This document shows positions 62,101 to 64,000 of a stretch of DNA of 64,000 nucleotides, in pieces (the first letter of the stretch is position 1; each line of letters opens with the position of its first letter). Under the pieces are notes generated by a model. The model had not been told where the DNA came from and ran no database searches. It saw only the letters and a program-made list of their open reading frames with translations. The stretch covers positions 3,840,001 to 3,904,000 of the forward strand of contig OX638351.1 of assembly GCA_951813565.1 (NCBI GenBank). Reading direction: 5' to 3'. The stretch comes from an uncultured Poribacteria bacterium (GTDB lineage Bacteria > Poribacteria > WGA-4E > WGA-3G). The translations under genes and the position numbers were made by a program.

Positions 62101-62184
62101 AAGGTTTTCATTTGAGATAGGCGGATTCACGTGTCCGCCATTTTCCAACTCAGTAGATACCACAAACGACCCAAAAGAAAAAAT

Positions 62185-62982
62185 ATGATTTCAAAGATAC
62201 TTATAATCCCCATTTTGAGTGTGAGCCTAATGTGTTTTGTTATTTCTAATTCTAATGCACAACTCCCAACAGATGGTGTCATTGGCTACTGGTCCTTTGA
62301 TGTTGGTACAATTAATGGTAAAACCGTTCAAGACATATTAGGTGAGAACGATGGTGAATTGGATGGAAATCCTAAAGTTGTTCCCGGTAAGGTTGGAAAA
62401 GCACTTGAATTCAATGGCGATAATGCCGTTCGCATACAAGGCAACGACTCGTTAAACTTCAACGGCGCCAAAGAAATGAGTGTCGTTGCTTGGGTTAATC
62501 CTGCAAGTGCTAAGCCTGTCAAAGGTGTAATCCCTGATACATGTTGCGGTACCATTGTTGGTCAACGGGATGCTGAAGGATGGGTACTCCGATTTGATGG
62601 GAGAAATGCAGGTAAGGAGATGTTACTTATAGCTCAACCAGGATGGCAAGGACACACTACCCTCGGCGTCCCTCCGTTTGCCCAAAACACCTGGCATCAC
62701 TTAGTTGGTATTGTTGATAACGACAAGCTGCTGCTTTATGTTGATGGAAAATTAGAAAGTGAATTCAAATACGACGGTCCGATGTCGACGAAAGGGACAA
62801 TGACCGAGATTGGGAATGCCAAGGCAGACGGAGGCTTTATTGGTATCATTGACGAAGTTCTGATTTACAACCGAGCGTTATCCGCTAACGAAGTGCGACA
62901 GGTCTTCAATGCAAAGGGACTGCCCGTTAAACCTCAAGATAAGCTCGCTATACGTTGGGGACAAATTAAAAAAGTACAGTAG
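62185..62982 (+). CDS. Secreted LamG-like jellyroll protein (close paralogue of 60894..61691)
   Basis: Same motifs including CCGTIV.QRD; C-terminal VKPQDKLAIRWGQIK. Confidence 0.88.
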   Translation: MISKILIIPILSVSLMCFVISNSNAQLPTDGVIGYWSFDVGTINGKTVQDILGENDGELDGNPKVVPGKVGKALEFNGDNAVRIQGNDSLNFNGAKEMSVVAWVNPASAKPVKGVIPDTCCGTIVGQRDAEGWVLRFDGRNAGKEMLLIAQPGWQGHTTLGVPPFAQNTWHHLVGIVDNDKLLLYVDGKLESEFKYDGPMSTKGTMTEIGNAKADGGFIGIIDEVLIYNRALSANEVRQVFNAKGLPVKPQDKLAIRWGQIKKVQ

Positions 62983-63070
62983 CGATTTGAAATTTATGAT
63001 GTTGCGATAAGGGAAGGAAATTATAAGGATTTACTGCTATTCCTATTTTCTAATTTACCATAAATCAATC

Positions 63071-63117
63071 AAAAAGAGCACATTCTATTGCATTACATAA
63101 TAGAATGTGCTCTTTTT
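63071..63117. terminator. Bidirectional intrinsic terminator
   Basis: aaaaagagcacattctatt-loop-aatagaatgtgctcttttt between convergent genes. Confidence 0.85.
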
Positions 63118-63159
63118 ATTTAGAAAATTGTAATAGACGTTAATCAGATAAAACTTCAA

Positions 63160-63951
63160 TTAATAACGGGCTTTTACATTACCCCACGTAGTCGCCATTT
63201 TGTCTTCTGCTTTAACAGCTGTAATTGTCGGTGCAAGACCTTTTTCCATGAGCGTCTCAATATCGTCTTGTTCCAAGGCTACACTGAAAATTGCAACCTC
63301 GTCAACAAACACATTTCCAAACCGACCGGCACAACAAGTATCGTTACCGATAAAGACAGGACCAATATCTGCATCAAGTTGAGTTTTATTCAGGTCCATA
63401 GAACTCTCTACCTTGCCATCAATATAGATGTTCCATTCACCCGAATTGCTGTCAAAAGTGGCAGTGTAAAGGTGCCAATCGGTAATATCATCAGGGCCGA
63501 CAGCATTATCACTCCAAGCTCCAGGTTTGTTCCAACAGCCACCATTGCACAGTGCCCACGCAACATTCTTTGTATTTACAATAGGATGGAGAATGAAGGC
63601 ATTCCGTTTGTCTATCATAAACCCATGCTGATTCCAAGTATCCGTTTTGCTTTTGACCCAAATAGAAACAGTGATAGCATCCCGCGGATTCTCATGACCT
63701 GGTATTTCAACGTATGCTCCTACTCCATCCAATTCAAGTGCTTTACCAAATTGTCCATCAACCCATTTAGCGTCACCTTGTAGAGTGCCATCCAGTTCAT
63801 TACCTGAAAGATCCTCCGCAACATCACCTTTACCTTCATCAAACAACCAGACACCAACAAGTGTCTCTGGATCAATTTCTGCTTCTGTTTGAATGACCAT
63901 AAAACCAAAACTTAAACATACGAGAATTGCTACTAAAACACACAACTTCAT
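63160..63951 (-). CDS. Secreted LamG-like jellyroll protein
   Basis: VWLFDEG.G, WH.Y.ATFD, DEVAIF..AL; C-terminal VKAEDKMATTWGNVK. Confidence 0.88.
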   Translation of the reverse strand: MKLCVLVAILVCLSFGFMVIQTEAEIDPETLVGVWLFDEGKGDVAEDLSGNELDGTLQGDAKWVDGQFGKALELDGVGAYVEIPGHENPRDAITVSIWVKSKTDTWNQHGFMIDKRNAFILHPIVNTKNVAWALCNGGCWNKPGAWSDNAVGPDDITDWHLYTATFDSNSGEWNIYIDGKVESSMDLNKTQLDADIGPVFIGNDTCCAGRFGNVFVDEVAIFSVALEQDDIETLMEKGLAPTITAVKAEDKMATTWGNVKARY

Positions 63952-64000
63952 AATAGTATTAACCTCCTACATATTTTTCGTAGACTTTGAATTAAAGTCT

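Overview
Bacterial genomic window, about 42-45% GC by eye. It is most consistent with Candidatus Poribacteria; this is an inference from three LamG-like secreted proteins ending in V.x.xKxAx.WG.xK, plus PhyH, sugar-isomerase and Gfo/Idh/MocA paralogues. Most of it is housekeeping and metabolic genes: coaE, modABC, a heptose adenylyltransferase, cysteine synthase, infA, nth, sat, a ClpX-like ATPase, a ChdC/Cld protein, GldFG-like ABC parts, msrB, kdgK and glcB. The mobile DNA is unusually rich. (i) An intact IS200/IS605-type tnpB element (52773-54146) lies 7.5 kb upstream of a protein-free sibling (61693-62100). The sibling keeps the left end and a 119-nt omegaRNA/right end, but carries a ~250-nt hairpin-dense non-coding insert in place of tnpB; this is the top candidate for an undescribed system. 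(ii) A complete IS1595 element with 26-bp TIRs and an 8-bp TSD. (iii) At least seven different TIR-MITE families that carry, or insert into, GTAG-type REP hairpins and nest inside one another. Other points of interest: an AAA-ATPase + frameshifted PD-(D/E)XK nuclease pair, a PIN toxin whose start codon is ATA, an IF-1 with a long charged N-terminal extension, and a structured, possibly pseudoknotted ~200-nt 5' leader. No rRNA, tRNA or CRISPR array was seen.
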